Assembly: GCA_002269645.1 (NCBI GenBank)
Contig: NIVC01002006.1
Span: forward strand, 62,001-126,000
Length of the DNA: 64,000 nucleotides
Origin: Macrostomum lignano
Taxonomy: Eukaryota
Reading direction: 5' to 3'
Position numbers and translations under genes: made by a program. Below the pieces are notes generated by a model that made no database searches, was not told where the DNA came from, and was given only the letters and a program-made list of their open reading frames with translations. This document shows positions 1 to 14,200 of the stretch, piece by piece. Numbering within the stretch: position 1 is the stretch's first letter; the number at the start of each line of letters is the position of its first letter.

Positions 1-98
1 GACACATTTGATGACACATTTGCTAACACATTTGCTGACACATTTACTGACACATTTGATGACAAATTTACTGACACAGTCAGTCAGCAACGCCTCAC

Positions 99-870
99 CT
101 CTCATCCTATCCTCCTCGCTCGCGCCTTCAACTTCTTTGCCGCGGTTGCACAGCAGGATGAGTCGAACAAACGAGTCGAAATCGATTCGACCATCTAGCT
201 GAGGTGGCCGGGCAATCGTCCGGAACACCGCCTGCATGTCCGCCTCTTCTTGGTCGAACCGGGAGCTCGCGTAGAGCGTGCGGAAGCCCTGAGGGTAGAT
301 GGCAGATTGTAAGTGCTTGCTTGTATATGATAGATTGCAGCAGATGGCAGATTGTAAATTGTAGATGGTAGACTGTGAGTGCCGAATGGTAAGTTGTGCA
401 TAGTAGATTGCAGATTGTGAATTACGGATGACAGATTGTGGATGACGGATGTTTGATTGTGGATTACGGATGTTTGATTGTGGATGGCAGGTGGTAGATT
501 GTGGATGGCAGGTGGTAGATTGTGGATGGCAGGTGGTAGATTGTGGATGACAGGTGGTAGATTGTGGATGGCAGGTGGTAGATTGTGGATGGCAGGTGGT
601 AGATTGTGGATGGCAGGTGGTAGATAACAGATCACAGGGACTAACCGAGTAAGTCACGTATTTTCTCTTCGAAGCGCGGTCGTAAAAAAATTCTTCAATT
701 TTTCTGATTTCCTCTTCCGATACTAAAAATTGGAAGTTTCGAGATCCATTTGAAAGTTCCGCTCACCACTCCGAATTTTCAGCTATCGAATTCTACTCAC
801 GTTTGTACTTTTCCATTGCGGCTGCCCTTTCAGCCGGCTTGATGCCCGGCTTTGCGAAGCAACCGCCCAT
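99..870 (-). CDS. N-myristoylated EF-hand calcium-sensor-like protein (NCS/recoverin/frequenin-like), 3' part outside window
   Basis: Exons 870-801, 722-646 and 288-99 have GT-AG boundaries in consistent phases (1,0,1). Translation: MGGCFAKPGIKPAERAAAMEKYKLSEEEIRKIEEFFYDRASKRKYVTYSGFRTLYASSRFDQEEADMQAVFRTIARPPQLDGRIDFDSFVRLILLCNRGKEVEGASEEDRMR. The MG start, the SEEEI helix and DGRIDFxxF..RG match the NCS-family layout. Confidence 0.75.
300..625. repeat. ~21-bp minisatellite (GATTGTGGATGGCAGGTGGTA) in intron 2 of the EF-hand gene
   Basis: Visible tandem copies, degenerating toward 300. Confidence 0.9.
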
Positions 871-904
871 GATGATCGCTGACTCTCGTCTGACTCGGTG
901 TCGT

Positions 905-1110
905 GTGTCTATCTCACTCTATCTCACTGTTTATCTCACTGTCTATCTCAATGTCTATCTCACTCTATCTCACTGTCTATCTCCCTGTCTAATCTCACTC
1001 TATCTCACTGTCTATCTCACTGTCTATCTCAATGTCTATCTCACCCTATATCTCACTATATTTTACTGTCAAGCTCGCTGTCTATCTTATTGTCTGTCTC
1101 ACTATCGCGC
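905..1110. repeat. Degenerate TCTATCTCAC-type low-complexity repeat
   Basis: Visible CT-rich tandem units. Confidence 0.75.
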
Positions 1111-1599
1111 TATATCTTCCTCACCTGCATAGGATTCAGTGTCGATAACTTGACCTGCCGCAGGCAAACACGACAGTTTCTTATCAGCGGGGAAGTGAAA
1201 AATGTATTTACTTGTGACTCAGCGTCTCTCTCGCAGCTGTTTACTCAACCCAGAGTGGCCCCATCTGCATTTGAGATTGCTCTATTAAGCTCTCAGTTGC
1301 CGCTCTGCTCATTGGCGCTGCTCACCCCACACAAACAAATGCTCAACTGTAGCAGAAAAACAACAGAAAATATCTGAGCTTATTCTGGAGAAAGCGCTGC
1401 CTCTCTACATTTCGCTTTTGTTCTCAGCAAAGTGATGAGGTGTACAGATTGTATGGAGCCCTCTGAGTTTGCCGCTTCTGCGCAGTCACTACGAATTCCG
1501 CCCACTCACACTGGCCCCGCTGTCCTCTCAACAGCTCAAAGTTTTTCTGTGATGAAATATCTCAGTCACTGATAGAGACTTGTCAGAGATTAACATCAT

Positions 1600-2730
1600 T
1601 CTCCTGCCAGCATCTGTCAGCATCTGTCAGCAATTGTCAGCAACTGTCAGCATCTGTCAGCATCTGTCAGCATCCTCTGTCAGCATCTGTCAGCATCTGT
1701 CAGCATCTGTCAGCATCCTCTGTCAGCATCTGTCAGCATCTGTCAGCATCATCTGTCAGCATCTGTCAGCATCTGTCAGCAATTGTCAGCATCTGTCGGC
1801 ATCCTCTGTCAGCATCTGTCAGCATCTGTTAGCATCCTCTGTCAGCATCTGTCAGCATCTGTCAGAAACTGTCAGCAACTGTCAGCAACTGTCAGCAACT
1901 GTCAGCAACTGTCAGCATTCTCTGTCAGCATCTGTCAGCATAATCTCTCAGCATCTGTCAGCAACTGTCAGCAACTGTCAGCATCTGTCAGCATCTGTCA
2001 GCAACTGTCAGCAACTGTCAGAAACTGTCAGCATCTGTCAGCATTCTCTGTCAGCATCTGTCAGCATCTGTCAGCATCTGTCAGCATCTGTCAGCATCTG
2101 TCAGCATCTGTCAGCATCTGTCAGCATCTGTCAGCATCCTCTGTCAGCATCTGTCAGCATCTGTCAGCATCTGTCAGCATCTGTCAGCATCTGTCAGCAT
2201 CTGTCAGCATCTGTCAGCATTCTCTGTCAGCATCTGTCAGCATAATCTGTCAGCATCTGTCAGCATCCTCTGTCAGCATCTGTCAGCATCTGTCAGCATC
2301 TGTCAGCATCTGTCAGCATCTGTCAGCATCTGTCAGCATCTGTCAGCATCTGTCAGCATCTGTCAGCATTCTCTGTCAGCATCTGTCAGCATCTGTCAGC
2401 ATCTGTCAGCATTCTCTGTCAGCATCTGTCAGCATCCTCTGTCAGCATCTGTCAGCATCCTCTGTCAGCATCTGTCAGCATCTGTCAGCAACTGTCAGCA
2501 TCTGTCAGCATCTGTCAGCATAATCTGTCAGCATCTGTCAGCATCCTCTGTCAGCATCTGTCAGCATCTGTCAGCATCATCTGTCAGCAACTGTCAGCAA
2601 CTGTCAGCATCTGTCAGCATCTGTCAGCATCTGTCAGCATCATCTGTCAGCAACTGTCAGCAACTGTCAGCAACTGTCAGCATCTGTCAGCATCTGTCAG
2701 CATCTGTCAGCATCTGTCAGCATCTGTCAG
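1600..2730. repeat. 10-bp minisatellite (ATCTGTCAGC)n
   Basis: About 1.1 kb of tandem ATCTGTCAGC/AACTGTCAGC units. Confidence 0.97.
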
Positions 2731-3099
2731 CTTCATCTGTCAATTTTTCAGCTATTTTTCACAGCATGAAAAGTATAGAAAATGCAAAGCTAATTTCTAG
2801 TGCAAACCCGGGTGATATAAAATTACTAAAAGAATGCTACCGACATGTAGCGATTATCAAGTAGAATTGACAATATTTAATAAAATATCATAAGTCAGAC
2901 CTAGCTGATAAAGAAAATGTTTACAGGTATATTTATATTTTTAAACATGCAAATAAATGATTTAATAATGCAGTGCAAAAAAAATCATCTTCATACATTT
3001 AGAGAAAATAAAATACTTTGATTTCTGTCGCACAGCGGACTAACAGTTCACAAGAAACCATTTTTAATACAGATTTCACATGCAAGTATTGTAAAGGGC

Positions 3100-3170
3100 A
3101 TGGGGCCGTAGCCTAATGCTCTGATGTGCCAGCGGCCCAGGCTCGATTCCAAGTGCAGTCGCATTAATTT
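3100..3170 (+). mobile_element. Possible tRNA-derived SINE head or tRNA pseudogene
   Basis: GGGGCCGTAGCCTAATG resembles an A box and GGCTCGATTCC resembles a B box at tRNA-like spacing. No complete cloverleaf is evident. Confidence 0.3.
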
Positions 3171-3854
3171 GGGGCTGAATTGGAATCTCGGCTTGGCTCT
3201 GCTCGTGCAATTAACGGCCTTGAGGGCCAACCCCCCAAGGCGCAGTGAAGTGTACATGCCTAACGATAAATAAAGTTAGGGCCGCTGTACACTCCTGTGT
3301 GAGTGTGTGCCTGCTCAGGGGAGTCGGTGGAATGGGCAGCAATGCCTCTCGCCGGTTGTGTGCCTATGTCGCTTAAAGTGCGAAAATAATTCCATCGCTG
3401 CATATCGGCAGCATATTTGCATAAAGTACGAATAAATATTGAATTATAAAACATTCGCTAAACATCTACAAGCTGTGGATTTAACTGTATTCGATGTAGA
3501 AATAGTGCTCAACTAGGGCTACGAAAAGTCGCAGAATTTCAGTAATACACAAACAACTCGGTGAGAAACAAACAAAAATGAAAAAATGACTTCTTGATTG
3601 ACAGCTCAAAGTGAAATAAATGCTAACCGCTAAGCGAATCAATTACTGGGGGCAAAGCGGTGGAAACAGCGATGCATCGAGAGAATATGGCTTTAAGTGA
3701 CAACTGAGCAAGAAGATATTTTATCTGTTTGAACACATATTGAGCACTGGGAAGCACATTTTAACATATCTGAGCAAAGAAGCACCTTATGACATAAGTA
3801 GTCTATAAGCGTATTAATTTGAGCGCATCTAAGCGCTCATGATTATATTTGAAC

Positions 3855-4298
3855 ACGTTTGAGCACCCCTAAGCACTCACAAGCACACCTGAGCACTCAC
3901 AAGCACACCTAAGCACTCACAAGCACACCTAAGCACTCACAAGCACACCTGAGCACTCACAAGCACACCTAAGCACTCAAAAGCACATCTGAGCACTCAC
4001 AAGCACATCTGAGCACTCACAAGCACACCTGAGCACTCACAAGCACACCTGAGCACTCACAAGCACACCTGAGCACTCACAGGCACACCTGAGCACTCAA
4101 AAGCACACCTGAGCACTCACAAGCACACCTGAGCACTCACAAGCACACCTGAGCATTCACAAGCACACCTGAGCACTCACAAGCACACCTGAGCACTCAC
4201 AAGCACACCTGAGCACTCACAAGCACACCTGAGCATTCACAAGCACACCTGAGCACTCACAAGCACACCTGAGCACTCACAAGCACACCTGAGCACTC
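3855..4298. repeat. 20-bp minisatellite (GAGCACTCACAAGCACACCT)n
   Basis: About 22 tandem copies. Confidence 0.95.
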
Positions 4299-4726
4299 CT
4301 GCTACAGAGTTAGAAAATCACGCCTTGTTTGCCGTGGCCTTGAAGCCGCAGCTGCAGGCGAATCTGGCGTGCCGGCCGAACCGCTGCCTGCAGCTGGGGC
4401 AGCCGCCCGTCTCAGCTGCGTGAATTCGCTCGGAAAAATTGACGCTGAAAAAAATAATGGGAGCGCACGTGAAAATATTCAATAGTTGAATGTGTGCGCT
4501 GTGCTACTCGGTTAAGTAGCATACATTGAAAATTTCGGCAAAAATTGATATCTTCACGAAAAATACACTGCAACTTCACTATTTCTAACTCTCTTCCGAT
4601 TCGTGACCATCATTGTACACTCAAAGACTCGAAGATAAGTAATTGACAGCTCGGATGGTTGTAAAGCCCGTACAGCACTGGCGCTCTTTTATTCGCTCCG
4701 GAGTCAGCGGGGTGGGCAGAATTGCC

Positions 4727-5153
4727 TCAGCGCTGGTTGCGGACCGATGTCGCGGAAGCCCTACTGCTAATATTATTATTAATCGTGTTGTTTTATCATT
4801 ATAAAACAAGACTCACTTCAGCTTCGACTCTTGCTGCTGCGCCGGCACAGAGCCGCGCTTGCCACGTGTTGATTGCTGCTTCTGCGGCGCGTTTCCTGCT
4901 GCCCGTCTCTGCTGACTGCCGCCGCAATTTCCAGCGGCTGCAGTTGCGCCAGGAGCTCCGGCTCCGATGTCCGGGAGTTTCGATGAGCTGCGACGTTGAG
5001 ACTGTCTGGCTGGATGCTGGATCGATCGGGATGATGAAGAAGGCTTTCGATTTGTTGAGTCGTCAAGAATTTCACCAGCCGAGATGTGAAATTGTGTTAA
5101 ACTCACCTCTCTGGTTTGAGACGCCCGTCTAGCGCCGGCTGTCTCGTTTCCAT
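4727..5153 (-). CDS. Candidate small disordered protein (89 aa), 3 exons
   Basis: Exons 5153-5107, 5005-4817 and 4760-4727 use GTGAGT donors and phase-consistent AG acceptors. Translation METRQPALDGRLKPERQSQRRSSSKLPDIG...ESKLKASATSVRNQR*. AATAAA lies on the minus strand at 4693-4688. No recognisable domain. Confidence 0.35.
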
Positions 5154-5159
5154 GGTAAC
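5146..5159. promoter_or_regulatory. RFX X-box motif GTTTCCATGGTAAC
   Basis: Close match to the palindromic X-box consensus GTNNCC-AT-RGYAAC; an E-box (GTCACGTG) follows at 5173-5180. Confidence 0.55.
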
Positions 5160-5531
5160 GCGACTGGGACTGCCGGCACCGGGTCACGTGATCGGAAATC
5201 TGCCTGCGCACGAAAGTTCTGAGACAGACGGGACAGCGGAACAGGGCTGAAACGGAGATGATTGATTCATACCTTAGCTTACTGGCGGGTGGAGAGAATT
5301 AAATATTAATGACACCTGGACAGAGCAGGTGTGAAACACTCGTTAGCAGTTTAAAAGCGCTTCTTACTTGGATTCTCGGGCACTCGCATGTGATCTGGAA
5401 ACGGCGGCGCGTGTGGAAATTCGTAGTTGTTGGCTGAGCAGTTTACTCAGACTTCTCGGGCCTCTCAAAACCTTCTGATCTCTAATTGTATCTTCCCGTG
5501 TTTATCTGCCTCCCCCAACGTCTTCTCTTTA

Positions 5532-7337
<1,806 letters not shown>

Positions 7338-8280
7338 GGCTACCAGCAAAGAAAATATGTTGGTCAGAATGCTTAAGGCCTAAGATATATTTTCTTCAAA
7401 TTTAAAACAAAAAATGAATCTTTTATCTATTAAACAGTCATAAAAAACAACAATTTTTTCTTGCTAAAAACTCATTTGACAAAATATATTGAATAAAAAA
7501 GATTTTTATAATTGTCAATTGAACTTCTAACAGGGTTTTGTAGTTCCATTTAAGTAATTTATGCGATTGACATAAATCATGAATTATTTGATAAACTATA
7601 TCGATTTCGCATATTTATAAAAAGAATAATTTTTAGTAAGACTATTTGCAACGCAATATAAAACGCATAAAAACGACTTATTCGTGCTGCAATCCATATT
7701 TTCGCAAGCCAACTTATTAACTACATTTTGCTTTTTGCCATTTTGACTTCATTTTCTTAACTCGACTGAAATTATGGTGCGTTTAATGAACTATTTAAAC
7801 AGATATAAGACTATTTAAATGCAAACTATTTGTCTGAGAAGTAAGCATTTAATATCAATTTGGGTGTTCGGTGGACGACAAAATAACGTTGAATGAATAC
7901 GAAGGCAATATTGTTTAAGTTTCACGAAACTAAAAAATGAACAAACGCTACACAGGGGTTATCTTAAAAAATGTTGAAATAAACAAATTTTGCATTGTAA
8001 AAACATTTTAAGTAATATAATATCTGTTTATTAGGAGTATAAATACATTTTAGTCTACGAAAAGTTTATGTTTTGTTTTAGTCATTAGACTGTTTATAGT
8101 GTTACCGAGCAAATTCAGAATTTTTACTTCAACAATATTTTTTCTTCGGTACCTTACGTCTCATGCAAATAAAATATAGCATAGAAAATAAAGCCAAAGA
8201 AGTCTGCTTATTCGGCTATGCTAGGTTTTAAATATTATTGCTTTAGTTTGTAGAAGATAAGACAATTATTCAACACATCT

Positions 8281-11200
8281 ATGTCAGAGTACCGAGAATA
8301 TCGACGACAAAATGGTTTATCATGTCCTCCCCACGTATTTCAAGTCGTCGCATGGACAGTCGTACTTTACTTTTTATTGATATTCTACGCGACTATAATA
8401 CCTCAGCTTATTTTACCGTTACAGATAAGCTTCGGAATCGTATCCTTTTTATGGCAAAATTTGAATTTGATTTAAAGTAAAAATCATCCCTTACCCTCTT
8501 AATCAAGCATTCAGGTTGGGTAACACTAACAAAAAGTAAAGGCCAGAATTTAACCAGATATATATAGCGTTTATATATTAAAGGTACAAACAAATTTCTT
8601 TATTTAAGTTTTTATAAATCTATATTATAGCTTAATACTTCATTTCTGTTTTATTTTATCCCATTGTAAGGTTTTAACAACATAGCTAATTAACTATTAC
8701 AGTTTTACAGCATAATACAGGATAAAGTTTTGAAGTTATTTAATCAACTGCATAAATTTCCTTAACTGCATTGAAACCGCGGCAAAACCAGATTGTGTCC
8801 ATGGCAGTGGTGGCGCACCTGGCCGCCCACCTGCTGTCAACTGTACTGGATCCAGCAGACATCAATCTGCGACTCAAGCAAAAACAGGAAGGCATAAAAC
8901 CTGTACCCAAACTCGACAAAGCAATGCACAAGCACGTGATAGAAAACTATTTTTGCAATCTTTGCGAAATTAAAATGTAAGTTTTTTCACACCTATATCT
9001 CCCTCTGCCTCATCCATCTCTCCTTATGTCTCACCCATATTTCCCTTTATCCCACCCATCTCTCCCTCAATCTTATCTAACTTTACCTCTTTCTCACCCA
9101 TATCTCCCTCGATTTCACCTATCTCTCCCTGTCTCACCCATCTCTCCCTGTATCACCCATATCTCCCTCTAACTCACCTATCTCTCCCTCTTTCTCACCC
9201 ATATCCCTCTGTCTCACCCATATCTCCCTCTATCTCACCCATCTCTCCCTGTCTCACCCATCTCTCCCTGTTTCATCTATATCTCCCTCTATCTCACCCA
9301 TCTCTCTTCCTGTCTCACCCATATCTCCCTCCATCTCACATATCTCTCGCTCTGTCTCACCCATATATCCCTCTATCTCACCATAGGCCATATCTCCCTT
9401 TATCTCACACCCTGTACTGTATCTCTTCCTCCTACTCTACATGTATTCCATAACTAGCAATAGAGCAGTTTTAAATATGGTTATGAATTCAATATTTCAG
9501 TTCCAACAACGAGACCAAGCACTGCAGCAGCTGCAACAAGTGCATTCAAGACTTCGATCACCACTGCAAATGGCTGAATAACTGTGTTGGCAGTCGAAAT
9601 TACAGGTACAAAGTCGTTATCTTTGGCTATGCAGTGAGCCCACTCGTCTTATCAGTGATTCATGGTTTCGCACACGAAATATTGCAGACTGTTTATCGCC
9701 ACTCTAATTAGTGCGACTGTCGGCCTCATAATTATACTCTGCCTCGCCATTGCCGCCGTGATCGCCTACTTCTTGGACAGCGAAACTGGACGGGTGCTGA
9801 AGCCCTACGAAGGTGGGGTCTGCGGCTGCATCTCAGGGCTGCATCTCTACCTATGTCTCACCCACCTGTCCCTCAATCTCATTTGTTCCTCCATCTTACC
9901 TATCTCTCCCACCATCTCACTCATCTCTCTCTCAATCTTACCCATCCGTCTCTCAATCTCATTCATCTTTCCCACAATCTCACTATCTGTCCCTCAATCT
10001 CACCCATCCGTCTCTCTATCTCACCTATCTCTCCCTCAATCTCACCTATCTTTCCCTCAATCTCACCCATCTATCCCTCAATCTCACCCATCTCTCCCTC
10101 AATCTCACCCATCTATCTCTCAATCTCTTATAGCCTCTCTTCGGTCTGTCGCACGAACCAATGTCTGCAGTTCTCACAGTGCAGCTGATTAGCATTATAC
10201 ATGTTTGAGATTTTTTTCTTAACATTCGCAAAAAAATGAACTGCGCAAAAAAGTTCACCAAAAAGGCATGCAAACAAGCTTGTGCAATAATCTGAGCAAT
10301 GCAGACATGCTACAGAGAACCCGCCCACCACTTTGCACCCTCACCCAGCCTACTGGAGCAGCTCGTCACGCTGGGCCAACGACACCTTAACAATCCTCAC
10401 AGCTGGCAACTTGCAGGGCACCGGCCTCTTCCATGTGCTGTTCATCAGCTGCAGCGACTTGGCATTCGTGCTGGTGCTCCTGTTCAGCTGCGTGCTGGCG
10501 CTAGTGGGCATTGTGCTGCTGTGCCAGCTGCTCGACTTTCACCTGTACCTGTGTAAGTGCGGCTGGGTCTGAACTGTCACTTCTTATCGCTAAGTGCATG
10601 GCACCCCTTGTTGAATGCCAGATGTACTCTTGATAATCAGTTGCCACTTCAGATGACTAACTGTCACTCCAGATCATTAAACTGTCACTCCAAACCATTA
10701 GCTGTCACTCCAGATTATTAAGTGTCACTCGAGATGATTAACTGTCAGTCCGGATCATTAATCTGTCACTCTAAACCATTAGCTGTCACTCCAGATTATT
10801 AAGTGTCACTCGAGATGATTAACTGTCAGTCCGGATCATTAATCTGTCACTCTAAACCATTAGCTGTCACTCCAGATGATTAAGTATCACTCGAGATGAT
10901 TAACTGTCAGTCCGAATTTTTAACTGTCACTCTGGATCCTTAACTGTCACTCCAGCTGACTAACTGTCACTCCAGATTTTTAACTGTCTCTCCAGATCAT
11001 TAAACTGTCACTCCAAATCATTAGCTGTCACTCCAGATGACTAACTGTCACTCCATATGACTAACTGTCACTCCAGATCATTAGCTGTCACTCCAGATGA
11101 CTAACTGTCACTCCATATGACTAACTGTCACTCCAGATCATTAAACTGTCACTCCAAACCCCCTAGCTGTCACTCCAGATGATTAAGTGAGACTCGAGAT

Positions 11201-14200
11201 GATTAACTGTCACTCCGGATCATTAACTGTCACTCTGGATCCTTAACTGTCACTCCAGGTGACTAACTGTCACTCCAGATTTTTAACTGTCACTCCAGAT
11301 CCTTAAACTGTCACTCCAAATCATTAGCTGTCACTCCAGATGACTAACTGTCACTCCATATGACTAACTGTCACTCCAGATCATTAGCTGTCACTCCAGA
11401 TGACTAACTGTCACTCCATATGACTAACTGTCACTCCAGATCATTAAACTGTCACTCCAAACCCCCTAGCTGTCACTCCAGATGATTAAGTGAGACTCGA
11501 GATGATTAACTGTCACTCCGGATCATTAACTGTCACTCTGGATCCTTAACTGTCACTCCAGGTGACTAACTGTCACTCCAGATTATTAACTGTCACTCCA
11601 GATAACTGACTGTCACTCCAGATAACTGACTGTCACTCCAGATAACTGACTGTCACTCCAGATAACTAACTGTCACTCAAGATAACTGACTGTCACTCCA
11701 GATAACTAATTTCACTCCAGATGACTAACTGTCACTCCGGATGATTAGCTGTCACTCCGGATGTTTAACTGTCACTCTCCGATCAATACGATGGAATGGA
11801 ATCTTAATTAGTTTTTTTAGTTTATCCCACTGTCTATTGCTTAGCACTTCATCTCTGGGTGAGGTTGTTTCTAAACTCCTTCGAAGCCTCCCCGATAGTT
11901 ATTATGGCTTTGTTGCAGTCAGTCAGCAAAAAACGTGGAATTCACGCATCTCCTTCTTTAGAGAAGCTCAGAGGGGAGGGTAGCGGAGATGCTATCGGCT
12001 TGATTAGTTTTCCAGCACATCATCAAGACTGCTTCTCGTCACACATCGTTATAAAAGCAAGGATTAACTGTTTTTTTGTTTGCTTGAGATTCATGTTCAC
12101 AAGAGCGGATCGACTGCTAGCTCGCATCAGTCCCTTGTTGATAAGCTCTATCTTCACTGATCCTTATCTGTCACTCACGATCCTTATCTGTCACTCACGA
12201 TCCTTATCTGTCACTCCTGATCCTTATCTGTCACTCACGATCCTTATCCGTCACTCCCAATCCTTATCTGTCACTCAACATCCTTATCTGTCACTCAAGA
12301 GCTTTATCAGTCACTCACGATCCTTATCTGTCCCTCCTGATCCTTATCTGTCACTCACGATCCTTATCCGTCATTCACAATCCTTATCTGTCACTCAAGA
12401 TCCTTATCTGTCACTCAAGAGCTTTATCTGTCACTCACGATCCTTATCTGTCACTCACGATCCTTATCCGTCATTCACAATCCTTATTGTCACTCAAGAT
12501 CCTTATCTGTCACTCAAGAGCTTTATCTGTCACTCACGATCCTTATCTGTCACTCACGATCCTTATCTGTCACTCCCAATCCTTATCTGTCACTCAAGAT
12601 CCTTATATGTCACTAAAGATCTTTATCAGTCACTCACGATCCTTATCTGTCACTCCCAATCCTTATCTGTCACTCAAGATCCTTATATGTCACTAAAGAT
12701 CTTTATCAGTCACTCACGATCCTTATCTGTCACTCCTTATCCTTATCTGTCACTCAAGATCCTTATATGTCACTAAAGATCTTTATCAGTCACTCACGAT
12801 CCTTATCTGTCACTCCTTATCCTTATCTGTCATTCCTTATCCTTATCTGTCACTCACGATCCTTATATAACACTCAAGTTGCTCATCTGTCACTCCTGAT
12901 TATTATCTGTCACTCTCCATGTTTATCTGTCCCTCCTGACCATTGCCTGTCACTTCCGACAGTTGCCTGTCACTCTTAATTGCTGCTATCACTTCATGAT
13001 CGACGCCCATCATTAGGTTGGTAATTAATATTTTTAGACAATCTCTTAACAAGGGTTCGAACCAATCAAATGTGTAGCTAGTCAATCGGCACCCTGATCA
13101 CCCCTGTTCAACCGCCAGACAAGCGCGGCATGTCCACCTACGACTACATCATGGGCACCAAAGAGGAGTGCAGCGACCACGACGCCGGCGTTCCCGATGG
13201 CGCCGCCGAGAGCGACTGCCGACAATCGAATGGCGGCCAGTCGGCCGACCCACCGAGCTCCACGTCGTTGCAGCGGCAGCAGCCAGCGCAGACTCGCCAG
13301 GAAAGTCTGATGCCTTCTCCTCCGGGGTCAAACTACTCCAGCCAGATCCTGAACTCGCCGACTCCCAGCACCCCGGCCGGTCGGCTGCCCAAGATTGAGA
13401 AGTCCGCCTTGAGAAAGAAGGTTTCTGATGTACTTTATGATTGGATTTTCAGTAGGAGGAGTGGGTGACTGGCTGAGGAGTGGGGTGGGTGACTGGGTGA
13501 GGAGTGAGGTGAGTGACTAAAGAGTGAGGTGGTTGACTGGGTGAGGAGTGGGGTGGGTGACTGGGTGAGGAGTGGGGTGGGTGACTGGCTGAGGAGTGAG
13601 GTGGTTGACTGGCTGAGGAGTGGGTTGGTTGACTGGGTGAGGAGTGAGGTGGGTGACTGGCTGAGGAGTGAGGTGGTTGACTGGGTGAGGAGTGGGGTGG
13701 GTGACTGGCTGAGGAGTGGGGTGGGTGACTGGCTGAGGAGTGGGGTGGGTGACTGGCTGAGGAGTGAGGTGGTTGACTGGCTGAGGAGTGGGTTGGTTGA
13801 CTGGGTGAGGAGTGAGGTGGGTGACTGGCTGAGGAGTGAGGTGGTTGACTGGCTGAGGAGTGGGGTGGGTGACTGGCTGAGGAGTGGGGTGGGTGACTGG
13901 CTGAGGAGTGAGGTGGTTGACTGGCTGAGGAGTGGGTTGGTTGACTGGGTGAGGAGTGAGGTGGGTGACTGGCTGAGGAGTGGGTTGGTTGACTGGGTGA
14001 GGAGTGAGGTGGGTGACTGGCTGAGGAGTGAGGTGGTTGACTGGCTGAGGAGTGGGGTGGGTGACTGGCTGAGGAGTGGGGTGGGTGACTGGCTGAGGAG
14101 TGAGGTGGTTGACTGGCTGAGGAGTGGGTTGGTTGACTGGGTGAGGAGTGAGGTGGGTGACTGGCTGAGGAGTGAGGTGGTTGACTGGGTGAGGAGTGGG

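Noticed and set aside
1580-2523. CQHLSASVSI-repeat ORFs
   Set aside because: Products of a 10-bp tandem repeat, with no splice or domain support.
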